Shown here: positions 23,930 through 37,560 of the stretch, piece by piece
Layout: each line of letters starts with the position of its first letter
Numbering within the stretch: position 1 is the first letter of the stretch
Assembly (NCBI RefSeq): GCF_006345805.1
Contig: NC_043007.1
Span: forward strand, 26,908,001 to 26,972,000
Origin: Octopus sinensis
Lineage: Eukaryota
Direction: 5' to 3'
Length of the DNA stretch: 64,000 bases
The notes under the pieces: generated by a model
What the model saw: only the letters and a program-made list of their open reading frames with translations
Told to the model about the DNA's origin: nothing
Databases searched by the model: none
Position numbers and translations under genes: made by a program

Positions 23930-24652
23930 TAGGAAAGCATCAACGCCATCATTTTCATTCAGTTAATCATCATCATCGTAGTCAAGTGATGCTGTTGCCA
24001 TTAGCATCATCGCCATCATCATTGGTCCAAACTCTTCCAGTTTTTCCGCCTCTTCTACTTATTAATGCTTCTCTTCATCATTGTCATTATCGCTATCTTC
24101 ATTATAATTTTATCGTCACTTCATCATCATCATCATCATCATCATCATCGCCATCATCCTCATCTTCATCCTCATCATCAACATCATCAACATCATCATC
24201 ATCATCATCGTCGTCGTCGTCGTCATCTTCGTCGGTGGCGGCGTCACCTCGTCGTCGTCATGGTCAGATTACCGTCGCCAGCGTCATCATTATCATCGAC
24301 GTCATCGTCATCGCCATCGTCTTACACTCCTTCCACCTTCCCTGCTACTTTCACCTCTTCCTTCTCTTCAGAAACACCACCACCCTCATCCAACGCCTTT
24401 TTTTCTCCTCCGCTTTCTCCTCGTCCAGTCACCTCCATCTTCTTCTGCTCCTCCTTTTTTTTCATGTTTCAGTAATCACTATTCATGTTTTCCTCTGGTG
24501 ATAATTCCCAACGAGCATATAATATGACGAAGACGACGACGACGACGACGACGACGACGATGATGACGATGACAATGATGATGATTATGATGATGATGAT
24601 GATGATGATGATGATCATGATCATGATGATGATGATGATGGTGGTGGTGATG

Positions 24653-24704
<52 letters not shown>

Positions 24705-24800
24705 GATGAAGATGATGATGATGATGATGGTGATGATCATGATGATGATCATGATGATGGTGGTGGTGATGATGATGATGGTGATGATGATGATGATGAA

Positions 24801-24833
<33 letters not shown>

Positions 24834-24888
24834 GATGATGATGATGATGGTGATGATCATGATGATGATCATGATGATGGTGGTGGTG

Positions 24889-24920
<32 letters not shown>

Positions 24921-24984
24921 GATGAAGATGATGATGATGATGATGATGATGATCATGATGATGATCATGATGATGGTGGTGGTG

Positions 24985-25016
<32 letters not shown>

Positions 25017-25147
25017 GATGAAGATGATGATGATGATGATGGTGATGCCGATGGTGATGATGATCGTGATGATCATGATGATGATGTCGGTGGTGGTGAT
25101 GGTGGTGGTGATGATGATGATAATGACGATGATGATAATGATGATGG

Positions 25148-25200
<53 letters not shown>
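23930..25200. repeat. (ATC)n/(GAT)n trinucleotide low-complexity region
   Basis: Direct reading; the poly-M/I/H/S ORFs are artefacts. Confidence 0.95.
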
Positions 25201-25554
25201 AAGAAGATGATTATGATGGTGTTTGTTTGAAGGCTGAGATCATTATGGCGGCGATAATCACGTTCAACATTATATTATAATGAGCTTGATCAAACTTATG
25301 TTAATTAATTTCTGCTCTTGTTGGTGCCGCGTGTGTTGTTGTTGTTATTGTTTGCGTTGCCGTTTTTTCTTCTCTTCTGCTTTTTTGTTTTTTTTGTTTT
25401 GTTTTTTGTTGTTGTTGTTATCACTGCCGTCGTTATTGATAAGTTATCTGGTTTGTTGCCAAAACGGTTCTCTTCTGCGTGATTCGGTCGATAGATGTAT
25501 TGCGAATCAGTCGGATAAAGTTTCACCCTTGATAGAAATAGTGGCGAGAGAAAG

Positions 25555-25555
<1 letters not shown>

Positions 25556-25621
<66 letters not shown>

Positions 25622-25664
25622 CAGACAGATATATAGATAAATAGACAGACAGATAGATACATAA

Positions 25665-25728
<64 letters not shown>

Positions 25729-25782
25729 GTAGATAGAAGGATAGATAGATAGATAGACAGACATACAGAGAGACAGACAGAC

Positions 25783-25824
<42 letters not shown>

Positions 25825-25832
25825 ATAGAGAG

Positions 25833-25863
<31 letters not shown>

Positions 25864-25900
25864 GATAGATAGATAAATAGATGGATAGATAGATAGATAG
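25556..25900. repeat. (GATA)n microsatellite
   Basis: Direct reading. Confidence 0.97.
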
Positions 25901-26066
25901 GCGCAGGAGTGACTGTGTGGTAGCTTGCTTACCAACCACATTGTTCCGGGTTCAGCCCTACTGCGTGGCACCTTGGGCAAGTGTTTTCTACTATAACCTT
26001 GGGCCGACCAAAGCCTTCTGAGTGGATTTGGTAGACGGAAACTGAAAGAAGCCCGTCGTATATATG

Positions 26067-26109
<43 letters not shown>

Positions 26110-26330
26110 ACGTTTGTGTGTCTGTGTTTGTCACCCCAACATCGCTTTACTCTCAACATCGATGCTGGTGTGTTACGTCCCCGTAACTTAGCGGTTCAGT
26201 AAAAGAGACCGATAGAATAAGTACTAGGCTTACGAAGAATAAGTCCTGGGGTCGATTTGTTCGACTAAAAGGCGGTGCTCCAGTATGGCCACAGTCAAAT
26301 GACTGAAACAATTAAAACGAGCAAAAAGAG
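25901..26330 (+). mobile_element. Full-length SINE family A
   Basis: Head, CORE-like block, internal (TA)(TG) tract and tail all present. Confidence 0.9.
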
Positions 26331-26695
26331 TGTATAGATATATAGACAGATAGTGAGAGCGTGATTTAAAGAAAGATAAAGAAAAGAGAGAGAGTGAGAG
26401 GGGAGAGGGAGAGAGAGAGAGAGAAGGGAGATGTAGAATAGAAAAAGAGATTCAGGTTGATACAGAGATATAAAAATTAAGACGAGAAGATATATAGATA
26501 AAGAGATATAGAGTTATGCTATAAAATTTGGACGGAGGCGGGGGTGGGGGGCAATAAAGCAGAGAGAATACGTGGAAGGAATGGGAGAGTTACTGATGGA
26601 AAACAAGGGAGACAATAAGGAAGAAATGGGTGGAAGTAATGGCAGACAATTATACATGCGTATGTGGAATTTGGAGATATACATTTATATATATG

Positions 26696-26908
26696 CAGTA
26701 AGCCCTCGACTATCGCGGGCGTTATGTTCCGAAAACACCGCGATAGATGAAAATCTGCGAAGGAGATTTTCATCTAATATTTTATTATTATTGTTTTTAT
26801 GAGTTGTATATATTTATTTTTATTTTATTATAAATGCAAAACAACACCACGGAGGTGTTTAAATAATAAACCGCGATAGGTGAAGCGCGATGTGGCGGAG
26901 GACTACAG
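26696..26908. mobile_element. pogo/Tigger-like MITE, degenerate
   Basis: Left end CAGTAAGCCCTCGACTATCGCG, right end CGCGATGTGGCGGAGGACTACAG-TA; internal CCGCGATAG repeats; TA-rich flanks. Confidence 0.5.
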
Positions 26909-27189
26909 TATATTATAGGATCCAGCAAAAGATGTTTCTTTTTTATGACAGCCATCAACGCTGTCATATCTCATACCGTTCTAAAGAAACTCCCTGACGT
27001 AACAGATATAACCATGTTTAGAATAAATAAATATGAATTTGAATAATTTGTATGTATTTCGTTGATCATCTAATGTGTTTATTGTCATGTGACCAGCTGA
27101 GCGCGAAAGTGTCCCTTGGTGGTCACTCTTACACGAAGGCCCAAATTTGGTTTCAGAATACAGCCAGTCTATACTCTTTACATTTCAGG

Positions 27190-27419
27190 ACCGTATCTTT
27201 GCTGTGGTGGTTCCTTGAATGGTTTTAGTTGAACAAATCGAACTCAGTGCTAATATTTTAAGTTTGGCTCTTATTCTATCGGTTTCTTTTGCCGAACCGC
27301 TAATTTATGGCAACCGAAGGAAACCAAAAATGGTTGTTGTCTGATGCGAAGGACAAACAGACGAAAAATATATCACAGAGACATCCTTTGTATGTGTGTG
27401 TCCATACATACGTACATAA

Positions 27420-27453
<34 letters not shown>

Positions 27454-27590
27454 TCACAGTTTGTAGCAAATTCACTTAGACGGCATTGGTCAGCCCGGTT
27501 CTGTATTAGAAGACATTTGAGCAAGCTGCCGTGCCGTGGGATTGAACGTGAAACAGAGTGGTTTCAAAGCGAATTTTTAACAACACATTT
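27190..27590 (-). mobile_element. SINE family A, degenerate
   Basis: Reverse complement of the tail (TTATTCTATCGGTTTCTTTTGCCGAACCGC) and head (GTGCCGTGGGATTGAAC). Confidence 0.7.
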
Positions 27591-27652
27591 TTATATTTTG
27601 ATACAGTATTCATAATAAATAGTAGCTCACTTGGGGGTGGGGTTATTGTAGA

Positions 27653-28605
27653 TCTATTGAGATTTAGCTTTGTTTTTACAACATTGATTTTTGCTTCTAT
27701 CTCACAAAACACTTCGGCGAATATATTTAGTGGCCGCAGGTAAAATTCTTAGGAAAACATCGCAGAAAAGAAAGACTGATTTTACGGTCAACTCCTAGCG
27801 GAAGGAGATATAAATTTAAACCCCAAGCGGGTTTTTATTGGATAATATTTACAACCTCGATTAGACTCACTCGTGGAGCCAGAGGATACTTCTGCTGACG
27901 GTTGATTCTGGTAGGATATTTTGGGAAGCCGGACAGTTGGATTCGTCTTCCGTAAGACTTACGGGGATAGCGGACTCTGTTGCAGAATCGATGAAGGCAA
28001 TTTTATTTCCATATAATAGTTTATAATATGTTCACATATTAAGTCGAAAATTATAGTCACAAACGCTACACATTTTAAAATAATCTCATAATAAATCTGC
28101 TTGTTACTCCGTTACTTAGCCCGTCCGTGATGCTTCACCGTGATTAGTTGAAGGTGGAGAGTGGGGAGTGGAGGGGAGTGACGGGAGATGTAGATGTAGG
28201 GGTAAGGAGAGGGGATAGGGGCGTGGGAAGTGTTGGTGAGTGAAACGTAATTTCTTTTTAACTAAAAATTTTTCTTCCGTTTCTTAGCCCGTTTGTAACG
28301 CTTTCACGTGATTAGTTGAAGGGAAAGGCGAAGAGGGAAAGAAAAAAGAGAGAGAAAGAGGGAGAGTGCTGTGTACTAAGTATATAAAATTGTGCATAAT
28401 GTATATAAAGTGTATATATATATAAAGTGCATTAAGTAATCATCGTATTCCAATTTCTTTCACTTTTCACTGATTAGCAGACGAGTAATTATTTTTAGAC
28501 ATAGCCACAACACAGGCTACACTGTCAGGGTTTTTGGATAAATTTTTCAAAAATGACCCAATAAGTTTATCATTAAATACATCATATATTCACGGGTCTT
28601 GCTAG
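27653..28605 (+). mobile_element. Non-autonomous Helitron-like element
   Basis: A|TC 5' end, CACGGGTCTTGCTAG|T 3' end; decayed segment ~27880-28010 (LLTVDSG..DSWIRLP..) loosely resembling PIF1-helicase sequence. Confidence 0.45.
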
Positions 28606-28836
28606 TATAATATAGATATATTCTATGACAGTCGTTGTCATGGCGGAAAATTGAAGGCCTCCATACGATATCTATCAACACTGTACAACAGAATATTTTC
28701 ATAGTCCGTGTGGAAATTAGTAGACATAGATATGTAAAGAAACAAATTTCGTATTATATATCATGAGACGCTTGCAGCAAGAACGAAAATCGTAGATCTC
28801 GTTTAGTGTATAACCATTATTATTTACTAAACATAC

Positions 28837-29116
28837 AGAAAACGACCGGTGAGGAGAACGAAAATTATACGTCAAGACATAAGACGTCTTAATACTATAA
28901 GCCATAATTAGGTTGTAGGACAAGTGGAACATTGCAGGTCTTAAAGATTTCAGTGAAATTATAACCGCCATTTTCGAGTTTTAAAATATCACCTTCGTAA
29001 ATCAGGTGATGTCTTTGCGTGGGAAGTGCGGTCATGGAAAAACGTTTCTGTATTTATGAGTTCAATGACTGAAAGATGAATATGAGATCTTTTACGCTGG
29101 TAGACTAGTGTCTCCG
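28837..29116 (-). pseudogene. iGluR-like gene 1, putative exon 4 (ATD), two frameshifts
   Basis: Acceptor ..tttaatgttgcgtgcag|, donor |GTATGT; translates RHHLIYEGDILKLENGGYNFTEI and SIKTSYVLTY, similar to GluA YHYII..DGDLLKIQFGGANVSG and TIKYTSALTY. Confidence 0.55.
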
Positions 29117-29342
29117 CTGCACGCAACATTAAAAATATATGTTGATAATAACTATTACTATCAACGTGGATAAATACATACACATACATAGATACATCCA
29201 TACACATACACACACATATATAACATAGATACATCCACACATACTCACACACACAGATATATATCTATATGTGTACAAATATATATGCATATATATATAC
29301 GCAAGTACTATACATATATGTATGTGTAATATATACGTATAT

Positions 29343-29397
<55 letters not shown>

Positions 29398-29797
29398 AGC
29401 ATATGCAAACACATATACACATACGTGCACATATATTCGCACACAAATACATAGATACCTACACAGTCATGTATATATATATATGCATAACTATACACAT
29501 ATAATAGCTATCGCCATACTAATATGGCATTCTTATAAAAATAAGAAAAAAGCTGTCCGCTTATTAGCTCCATGAGGCCATCGCCTTAAGTTAGCTATTT
29601 GATACACAAACTGTATCCATATAACCTTCGAATGCCATATTAGTATGGCGATAGCTATTATTTTCCGGGAACGCTGCCGCTGTTCTCTTTTAGAGAGACT
29701 TAGTTATTTTAATATTTCTATTATTGAAAACAAGTGGATGTATTCCACCGAAACTAGGTAAATAAAACCATCGAACAGAGATTGTCGGAAGCGACAC

Positions 29798-29868
29798 CTA
29801 CTGGCTGGCTACGCTGCATTGAAAAGGGGCAATACTCCGAAACGCGTCTGTAGCTGCCGGTCAAGTAG
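29798..29868 (+). ncRNA. Type I hammerhead ribozyme, U3-A8 core variant (copy 1)
   Basis: Stem I GCTGCA/TGTAGC plus distal CTACT-GGCTGGC/GCCGGTC-AGTAG; core UUGAAAA; stem II GGGG-CAATA-CTCC; GAAA; palindromic stem III ACGCGT; GUC site with cleavage after 29848. Confidence 0.8.
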
Positions 29869-30159
29869 TGTGGAGCGACTGACCACCCTTGTTCGAAGGT
29901 TATATGGATACAGTTTGTGTATCAAATAGCTAACTTAAGGCGATGGCCTCATGGAGCTAATAAGCGGACAGCTTTTTTCTTATTTTTATAAGAATGCCAT
30001 ATTAGTATGGCGATAGCTATTATTTTCCGGGAACGCTGCCGCTGTTCTCTTTTAGAGAGACTTAGTTATTTTAATATTTCTATTATTGAAAACAAGTGGA
30101 TGTATTCCACCGAAACTAGGTAAATAAAACCATCGAACAGAGATTGTCGGAAGCGACAC

Positions 30160-30230
30160 CTACTGGCTGGCTACGCTGCATTGAAAAGGGGCAATACTCC
30201 GAAACGCGTCTGTAGCTGCCGGTCAAGTAG
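30160..30230 (+). ncRNA. Type I hammerhead ribozyme, U3-A8 core variant (copy 2)
   Basis: Identical to copy 1 at +362 bp; cleavage after 30210. Confidence 0.8.
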
Positions 30231-30873
30231 TGTGGAGCGACTGACCTCCCTTGTTCGAAGGTTATATGGATACAGTTTGTGTATCAAATAGCTAACTTAA
30301 GGCGATGGCCTCATGGAGCTAATAAGCGGACAGCTTTTTTCTTATTTTTATAAGAATGCCATATTAGTATGGCGATAGCTATTATTTTCCGGGAACGCTG
30401 CCGCTGTTCTCTTTTAGAGAGACTTAGTTATTTTAATATTTCTATTATACACATATATATATTTATATATATAAGCAAATACTGTTATATCTACATGTGT
30501 ATATACACGTATATATACACATATACACATACGCAAACACACGCACACATACACTGATGCATGCATACATGCACAGAAAACTAGTAAACGTATACAAATA
30601 AGACAACAGAAATCTTAAGAGAAAGTAAATCCTGAGACTGCAAACCTGATATAAAATCTTAAAGGTACTTCTTAAGAATTGGCAAAAGAAACGCGAAAAC
30701 TGAATAGTTGTATCAACGTCTCCTTACACACACAAAGCACAAAAATACACACAACAACGAGAGGCATACTTATATACACACACGTATATACATGCATACT
30801 TACTCACTTATATACATAGTACGTACGTATTTTTACACATTGGGACACGCCCACCCGTAACAATATATTTTAC

Positions 30874-31054
30874 ATTCTGCTAGGAAGAAATAATTAGGTG
30901 ATATTATGCCAATAGGCCAAGATAAACTCTGTTGTATTCTCGGTCGTATTTGTAAATCTACGTCGAAGCGATTCGTCCCATGTGATAAAGAACAATATAA
31001 CACATGGTATTTTCTTTCCGGAATCGTGATTCTATTTTTGGCCATGTTACAAAT
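30874..31054 (-). CDS. iGluR-like gene 1, putative exon 3 (ATD), open frame
   Basis: Acceptor ..tgtctgtag|, donor |GTAAAA; 181 nt, phase 0 to 1; ICNMAKNRIT..YHVLYCSLS..DLQIRPRIQQSL, similar to GluA FCSQFSRGV..LHVSFITPS..IQMRPDLKGAL. Confidence 0.55.
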
Positions 31055-31250
31055 CTACAGACATTTATCCCCAGTCTTCCGTTGTTGGTTCATGTTAATG
31101 TCAGCGCAGAACGGAGGGAGGGGGCTTCGTGGGTGGTTTCTTCTGGTATGTATGTATGTATGTATGTATGTATGTATGTATGTATGTATCTATGTTTGAT
31201 GACTGAGTGTATGTTGATGGATATATGCGATTACACATACACAATATATA

Positions 31251-31281
<31 letters not shown>

Positions 31282-31388
31282 AGTTAAAAACTTATACACG
31301 CTCACATACGCACGTATATATGTATTTCTCTCTCTTCTCTCTCTCTCTCTCTGTCTCGCTTCTCTCTATATATGTATGCATGTATAAA

Positions 31389-31440
<52 letters not shown>

Positions 31441-31724
31441 GATATATATATATTATACAAATGTGGGTGTGTGTATTCATAGTAAATAGTGGACATTAGT
31501 GCACAAAAATGTTTCTATTGCCTATTTTATGCATGCTAGCCACTTGTAGAATATTTCTCAAATTTTTCTACCTTATTATATATATATGTGTGGTGTGGTG
31601 TGTGTTATATGTATATATATATATGTATGTATATATATGTATATATATATATGATGTATATACATATGTATATAGATATGTATACATATATATGTATATA
31701 TATGTGTGAGTATATATATGTGTG

Positions 31725-31755
<31 letters not shown>

Positions 31756-32234
31756 ACATATATCTATCTGTCTATCTATTTATCTCTCCCACTCTGTGTG
31801 TCTCTTTCTCTCTCTGTCTCTGTTATATATATATATATATATATCATGTGCAAACGATATTGCATGTGTGGTGTAAAATAATGACGTGTGTAACAAGGAA
31901 GGTAGGAGGGAAAAAAAATAGCAACGGAACCGATGATTGCGGTGATGTTGGCGATGACGGTGATGATGGCGCTGGTGTTATGGTCGGTGGTGGAGGTAGC
32001 GTTGGTGATGATGGTGGTGGTGGTAGCGGTGGTGGTAGCGGTGGTGGTGGTAGGTTGGAATGGTAAAGAAACGAATCGCATGATTTGAAAGAATTTGTCT
32101 GCAGGAAGATTGAGGAATGATAATATCTCGAAAATGATCGTTAAAACACGGTAATGTGGTAACGGAAGGACAAACTGCTCATACGCATACCTCAAACACA
32201 CCCATAACTGCGCACGCAACTAACAAGCGCAGAA

Positions 32235-32266
<32 letters not shown>

Positions 32267-32454
32267 TATATATTATATATATATATATATGAATGAGTGT
32301 ATTTTTGTGTGTGTTTGAGCGACTTTGTGCATGTCTGAATGTATTCCGGTAGCTTAGATCTATTTTTTGGCGATGCATCAGCTATTTATTCCCAAACGAC
32401 AATCGGTTAATATTCTAATACAATGAGAAGATTGTGTTATTGTTGATTGAAGAA

Positions 32455-32502
<48 letters not shown>

Positions 32503-33057
32503 CTATATATATTTATTATATAGTATATATATGCATATGTATATATGCATATATATATATATATAATATATATATATATATTATATATATGCATATATAT
32601 ATATGCATATATGTATATAATATATATATATACATATATATATATCTTATATGTGTGTGTGTGTGTGTATGCATATATGTATATAGGTATATGAATGCAT
32701 CATAATTGTGCAGATTAGTATATGCATGTATATTTATATATATATGTGTATATATATGCACGTAGATTGGAAAGATAAACAGAATGCGATAAATAGAAAC
32801 AACTGCGTTAAATTGTATATACATGAGCATTGTTGATGTATATATATATAAGCCTATATATATGAAATTCGTTTTTCTTTCTTTATATTTGCATACTTTT
32901 ACATGCATTATGTAATAATACAGACTTCTATATACCCATACAGTTATGCATATAAAAACAACTAACAACTATATACATACATATATAATATATGCATACA
33001 TATATATGTAGACATATGTATAATAGGTATGTATATATATATATCTTTATATATATA

Positions 33058-33152
<95 letters not shown>

Positions 33153-34640
33153 ATATATATATTATATATTTATTAATATATATATATCTTATATATATAT
33201 ATATGCATATATATGCTTTTATATATATAATATTGCCTATATATGCACGCGCATTTGTATATCTATAAACAAATATGCATTACCTTCCATGAAATACCAT
33301 CAAAATTTAAATAAGAAACTAAGTACGCTGTGAATGCATGCAAAAAACAAACAACAGTTAGAATATATTCGTTTTTTTTTTCTCCTTTTGTAGCAGTTGG
33401 GTACATGATTTCCAGAGAATAAAAAAAACATATTAAATATACAGAGGATAAACACAAAAAAGAATGTATTTTAACAGATAAAAAAAGAGGAAAAATCCGA
33501 GTTACATAACGTATTTACAGTAACAGCCATTTTTCAATATCATCTCTGTCTGTTTTGTAAAGGTGGTAGTAGTGTTGTTGTTGGTTGGTGGTGGTGGTTG
33601 TGGCGGTGTTATTGGTGTCGGTAATGGTGTAGGTGGTGTTGTTGGTAGTCGTGGTGGTGCAGAGAAATTAAATATGTCGGACATATTGTACGCATCTATT
33701 CTAGCATTGCTTAAAATCGATATGCTATACATAGATGCAAACAATAATACGTTCAGATGAACACACACATACACACATATACACTCATATACATACATAT
33801 CTATATATATATGTGTGCGTGTGTGTGTGTGTGCGTGTGTGCGTGTGTGTATAATTGTGTATATATATATATGTGTCTGTGGGTGTGTGGGTGTGTATGC
33901 TTGTGTATGAGTGTATGTTTATATGTGTATATATTTGTATTTATATATATTTGTATATGTGTGTGGGGGATGGGTGGGTGTTTGTGTGTGTGTATATATA
34001 TGTGTAAGTATATATATATATATGTGTGTGTATTAATTTATAGGTTTGTGTGTGTGGCTATATATATGTATATATGCATGTATGTATATATATTCTTGTG
34101 TGTGTGTGTATGTCTATATGTATGTATTTATATATTTGTATATGTGTGGGGGGATGGGGGGTGTTTGTGTGTATGTATGTATGTATATATGTATGTATAG
34201 ATATATATAAATATGTGTATATATATATGTCTGAATTTATGTTGGTGTGTGGGGGTATATATATGTATATATGTATATATATGCTTGTGTATATATATGC
34301 TTTTGTGTGTTTATGTCTATATGTATATTTATATATGAGTGTGTGTGTGAGTGTATGTGTTTGCGTGTGGTGTGAGTGTGTGTGTGTGTGTGTTTATGTA
34401 TATAAGTACTGAACTTTGCAGAGTACTGCTGAATCTATGTGCAGAAAAACGGAGCCGTACGTACAGGAACGAGCTTGAGATACTTAAAAAAAGAACCAAA
34501 AATCATTCGACTAAATGGTCACTGTAGCATGTGAAGCTGGTCACGAGAGGAAAGAATTCAGTTCAGAAAAAAAGACTATACTCTACATCTTGTACTGATA
34601 CTTGCCTATTTACCTTACAAATTCATATATATATATATAT

Positions 34641-34674
<34 letters not shown>

Positions 34675-34694
34675 ATATGTACAGAGAGAGAGAA

Positions 34695-34740
<46 letters not shown>

Positions 34741-35147
34741 CGGAGAGAGAGAGAGAGAGAGTGAAAGACGGAGAGAGAGAGAGATTGAAAGAGAGACAGA
34801 TAATGATAGGTAAATAGTTACAAAAAACATCTTGATGGTGTATTAGATGCAACTGATAGAAATACGTAAACAATACACGAGTTAACCACGCGGTGTTAAA
34901 CAGAATATGAAAAGAAAGCGAAACAATATGAAACCATATCAAGTGCGCTCAGTACAAAACGACTCGGTTAATGAAAACAAATACATGTTGTAATGATTTC
35001 GGTTATATGTATTTTCTTTTTATCAAAACGGATGTCTGACAAGTGAAAGGAGATAAAAAAAAAAACCATTTTGCAACAATGCCACATGTTTGATATCAAT
35101 CTTCAAAGCAGAATTCCTGTAGATTATTATAGATGTATACACTTTTA

Positions 35148-35552
35148 CTTGTTTCAGTCATTTGACTGCGGCCATTCTGGAGCACAGCTTTTAGTCGAGG
35201 AAATCGATTCCAAGACTTTTTCTTTGTTACGCTAGTACTTATTCTATCGATTTATTTTGCCGAACCGCTAAGTTACGGTCACGTAACAACACCGGCATCG
35301 GTTGTCAAGCGATGCTAAACGACAAACACAGACACATAAACACACGCGCACACACACACACTCAGACACACACACATATATGTATATACATATATACGAC
35401 GGTCTTCTATCATCTACCAAATCTACTCATAAGGCTTTCGTCGGTCCGAAACCATAGTAGAAGAAACTTGCACAAGGTGCCACGCAGTAGGGATGAACAC
35501 GAAACCATGTGGTTGGTAAGCAATCTACTTACGACACAGCCACTCCTGAGAC
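35148..35552 (-). mobile_element. Full-length SINE family A
   Basis: Reverse complement of tail (CTTGTTTCAGTCATTTGACTGCGGCC) through head (CACAGCCACTCCTG). Confidence 0.87.
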
Positions 35553-35601
<49 letters not shown>

Positions 35602-35654
35602 ATATATATATTTATAATATATTATATATATACCATGTATATATAAGCATATAT

Positions 35655-35860
35655 ACATGCATATATGGGTACAGGACGTCAAAGAAACGTGACCAAAATG
35701 AATAACGAGAACATGAAAAACACAACAAACGCATGGAAAACGAACTTTTGCGGACAACGAAAGAAACAAATACAGAAACGAGACAGGCAAAAGCAGGTCT
35801 TCTCTCTTGTAAATCCAGAGGAAAAAATAACGATAGCCGCTGGTCACGTGTGAGCAACGA
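35655..35860 (-). repeat. Dispersed repeat (opposite-orientation copy ~53990-54180), possibly a Penelope-like terminus
   Basis: GAAAACGAACTTTTGCGGACAACGAAAGAAACAAAT matches the reverse complement of 54066-54110. Confidence 0.55.
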
Positions 35861-36144
35861 GTGAGTCAAGGACGAAGAGTGAAGGAGAGAGAGATATATG
35901 TAGGTATGTACATATATGTATGCATATATGCGTACATATATATATTTATATTTATTTATATTTATTTATACGTATTGTACTTATGGTTATCATATTACTC
36001 ATTGATGTTCTGTATTATTGTGTTTGACCTTGATGTTCATATGTAGTTGGTTAATAAATTATGTGAATGGGTATTATCTGGTAGTTGATTATTGATTAAG
36101 GTGTATTCCTCCATTTTCTTATTTTGTATTATATATATATATAA

Positions 36145-36305
36145 ATACACGACAGGCTTCTTTCAGTTTCCGTTTAGCAAATCCACTCACAAGGTTTTGA
36201 TCGGCCCGATACTATAGTAACGACTTGCCCAAGGTGCCACGCATTGGGACTGAACCCAGAACCATGTGGTTTGTAAGCAAGCTACTTACCACACATCCAC
36301 TCGCA
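36145..36305 (-). mobile_element. SINE family A head half
   Basis: GACAGGCTTCTTTCAGTTTCCG...CAAGGTGCCACGCA..GGGACTGAACCC. Confidence 0.8.
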
Positions 36306-36309
36306 GCTG

Positions 36310-36382
<73 letters not shown>

Positions 36383-36556
36383 GTGTGTGTGTATGTGTAT
36401 ATATATATATATGTACATACATATATTCATATATATATATATCTATACATATATATGTTGTGTGTGAAAAAATATATATATACAAACCATACATATTTAT
36501 AAATTTATTACGTATTCATTACAATATATAGTGTAATGAATTATACATACATACAT

Positions 36557-36605
<49 letters not shown>

Positions 36606-36708
36606 TTATAATATATATATATATATCTATGTATGTATGTATGTAATATATATCACACAGCAGCTCTCTTTATTTCCAAAGATAGAAACAACTTTATGAA
36701 GACATTAC

Positions 36709-36954
36709 AATAATATCTAAGAACATGGTGGGAAACTGAGAATTATCTTCTTCTCTGTAGGGAAAATACATTCAGCTAAAATCTCGGTTGCCTTCTACGT
36801 ATTTCACGATCGCATCATGCACGGTGTGAACTCTGTATTGATGAATGAAATCAAAGACTTCAGATTTATCTAAGAACACACCGAAATAGACTGTATGGCG
36901 TCTCCGCTTTTGTTGTCGTCGTTTGTGATATAAATACGGTGGATATGTATGCAA
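36709..36954 (-). pseudogene. iGluR-like gene 1, putative exon 2 (end of signal peptide plus start of ATD), frame-disrupted
   Basis: Strong acceptor ttctcatttcttttacacag|; (I)AYISTVFISQTTTTKA then, after a frame switch, TVYFGVFLD..DAIVKY..NRDF, an in-frame TGA, then YREEDNSQF; similar to GluA IQIGGLF..VGMVQF..EFRL..NSF. Donor weak. Confidence 0.5.
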
Positions 36955-37560
36955 CTGTGTAAAAGAAATGAGAATATTTATAAATCTTTATTAGAATGAT
37001 TCGAATGTAGGAATATGTATCTATGTGTGTAATCTCAGCGCTTGTTTTCAAGTAACGCATACCTCATTCGGCTTCTTATATCAACAGCTTCTCTGAATAA
37101 ATGGAAGAGAACTATAAGAGAAGGAAAGGGAGTTAAAGTTGGTGTGAGGGACATAGCTATCGTCTGCTCTTTCCGTGACAAACAAAACGCTGACGCCATT
37201 TTATGTCGTCTGGCTGGGTGTTCCACGGGGAAGCTTTTGTGTGATCCCCTCTATCTGTTCAAAAGAGCATTTATGTCTCTGTGAAATCGGGTCCTACGGT
37301 TATATATAAAAGAGAGAGAGAGAGAGAGCAGGCAGTGTATTTCCTGATATACAAAAACAGACGGGATTGTCTCGACTTCATCATAGACTTCTTTCATCAT
37401 CAGTTGTTCTGTGCTTAAAGGACTATAGCAAAGTATTCTCCGGCCAACGAGGGGAGACTTCTGCGTGGTTGACAACTTGGCAAAAATAGCAGTCGAATTT
37501 TTCTCATATCATACCATTATTCTTAAATTAGTAGACAATATTAGGAGGCATTATTACAAT

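Larger units (their letters stand above)
29501..30448 (+). mobile_element. Penelope-pLTR/retrozyme-like element: 132-bp inverted segment plus 2.25 direct 362-bp units
   Basis: Units start at 29633, 29995 and 30357; 29501-29632 is the reverse complement of ~29892-30023; each full unit holds an HHR; possible TSD TATACACATATA at 29492-29503 and 30446-30457. Confidence 0.88.
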
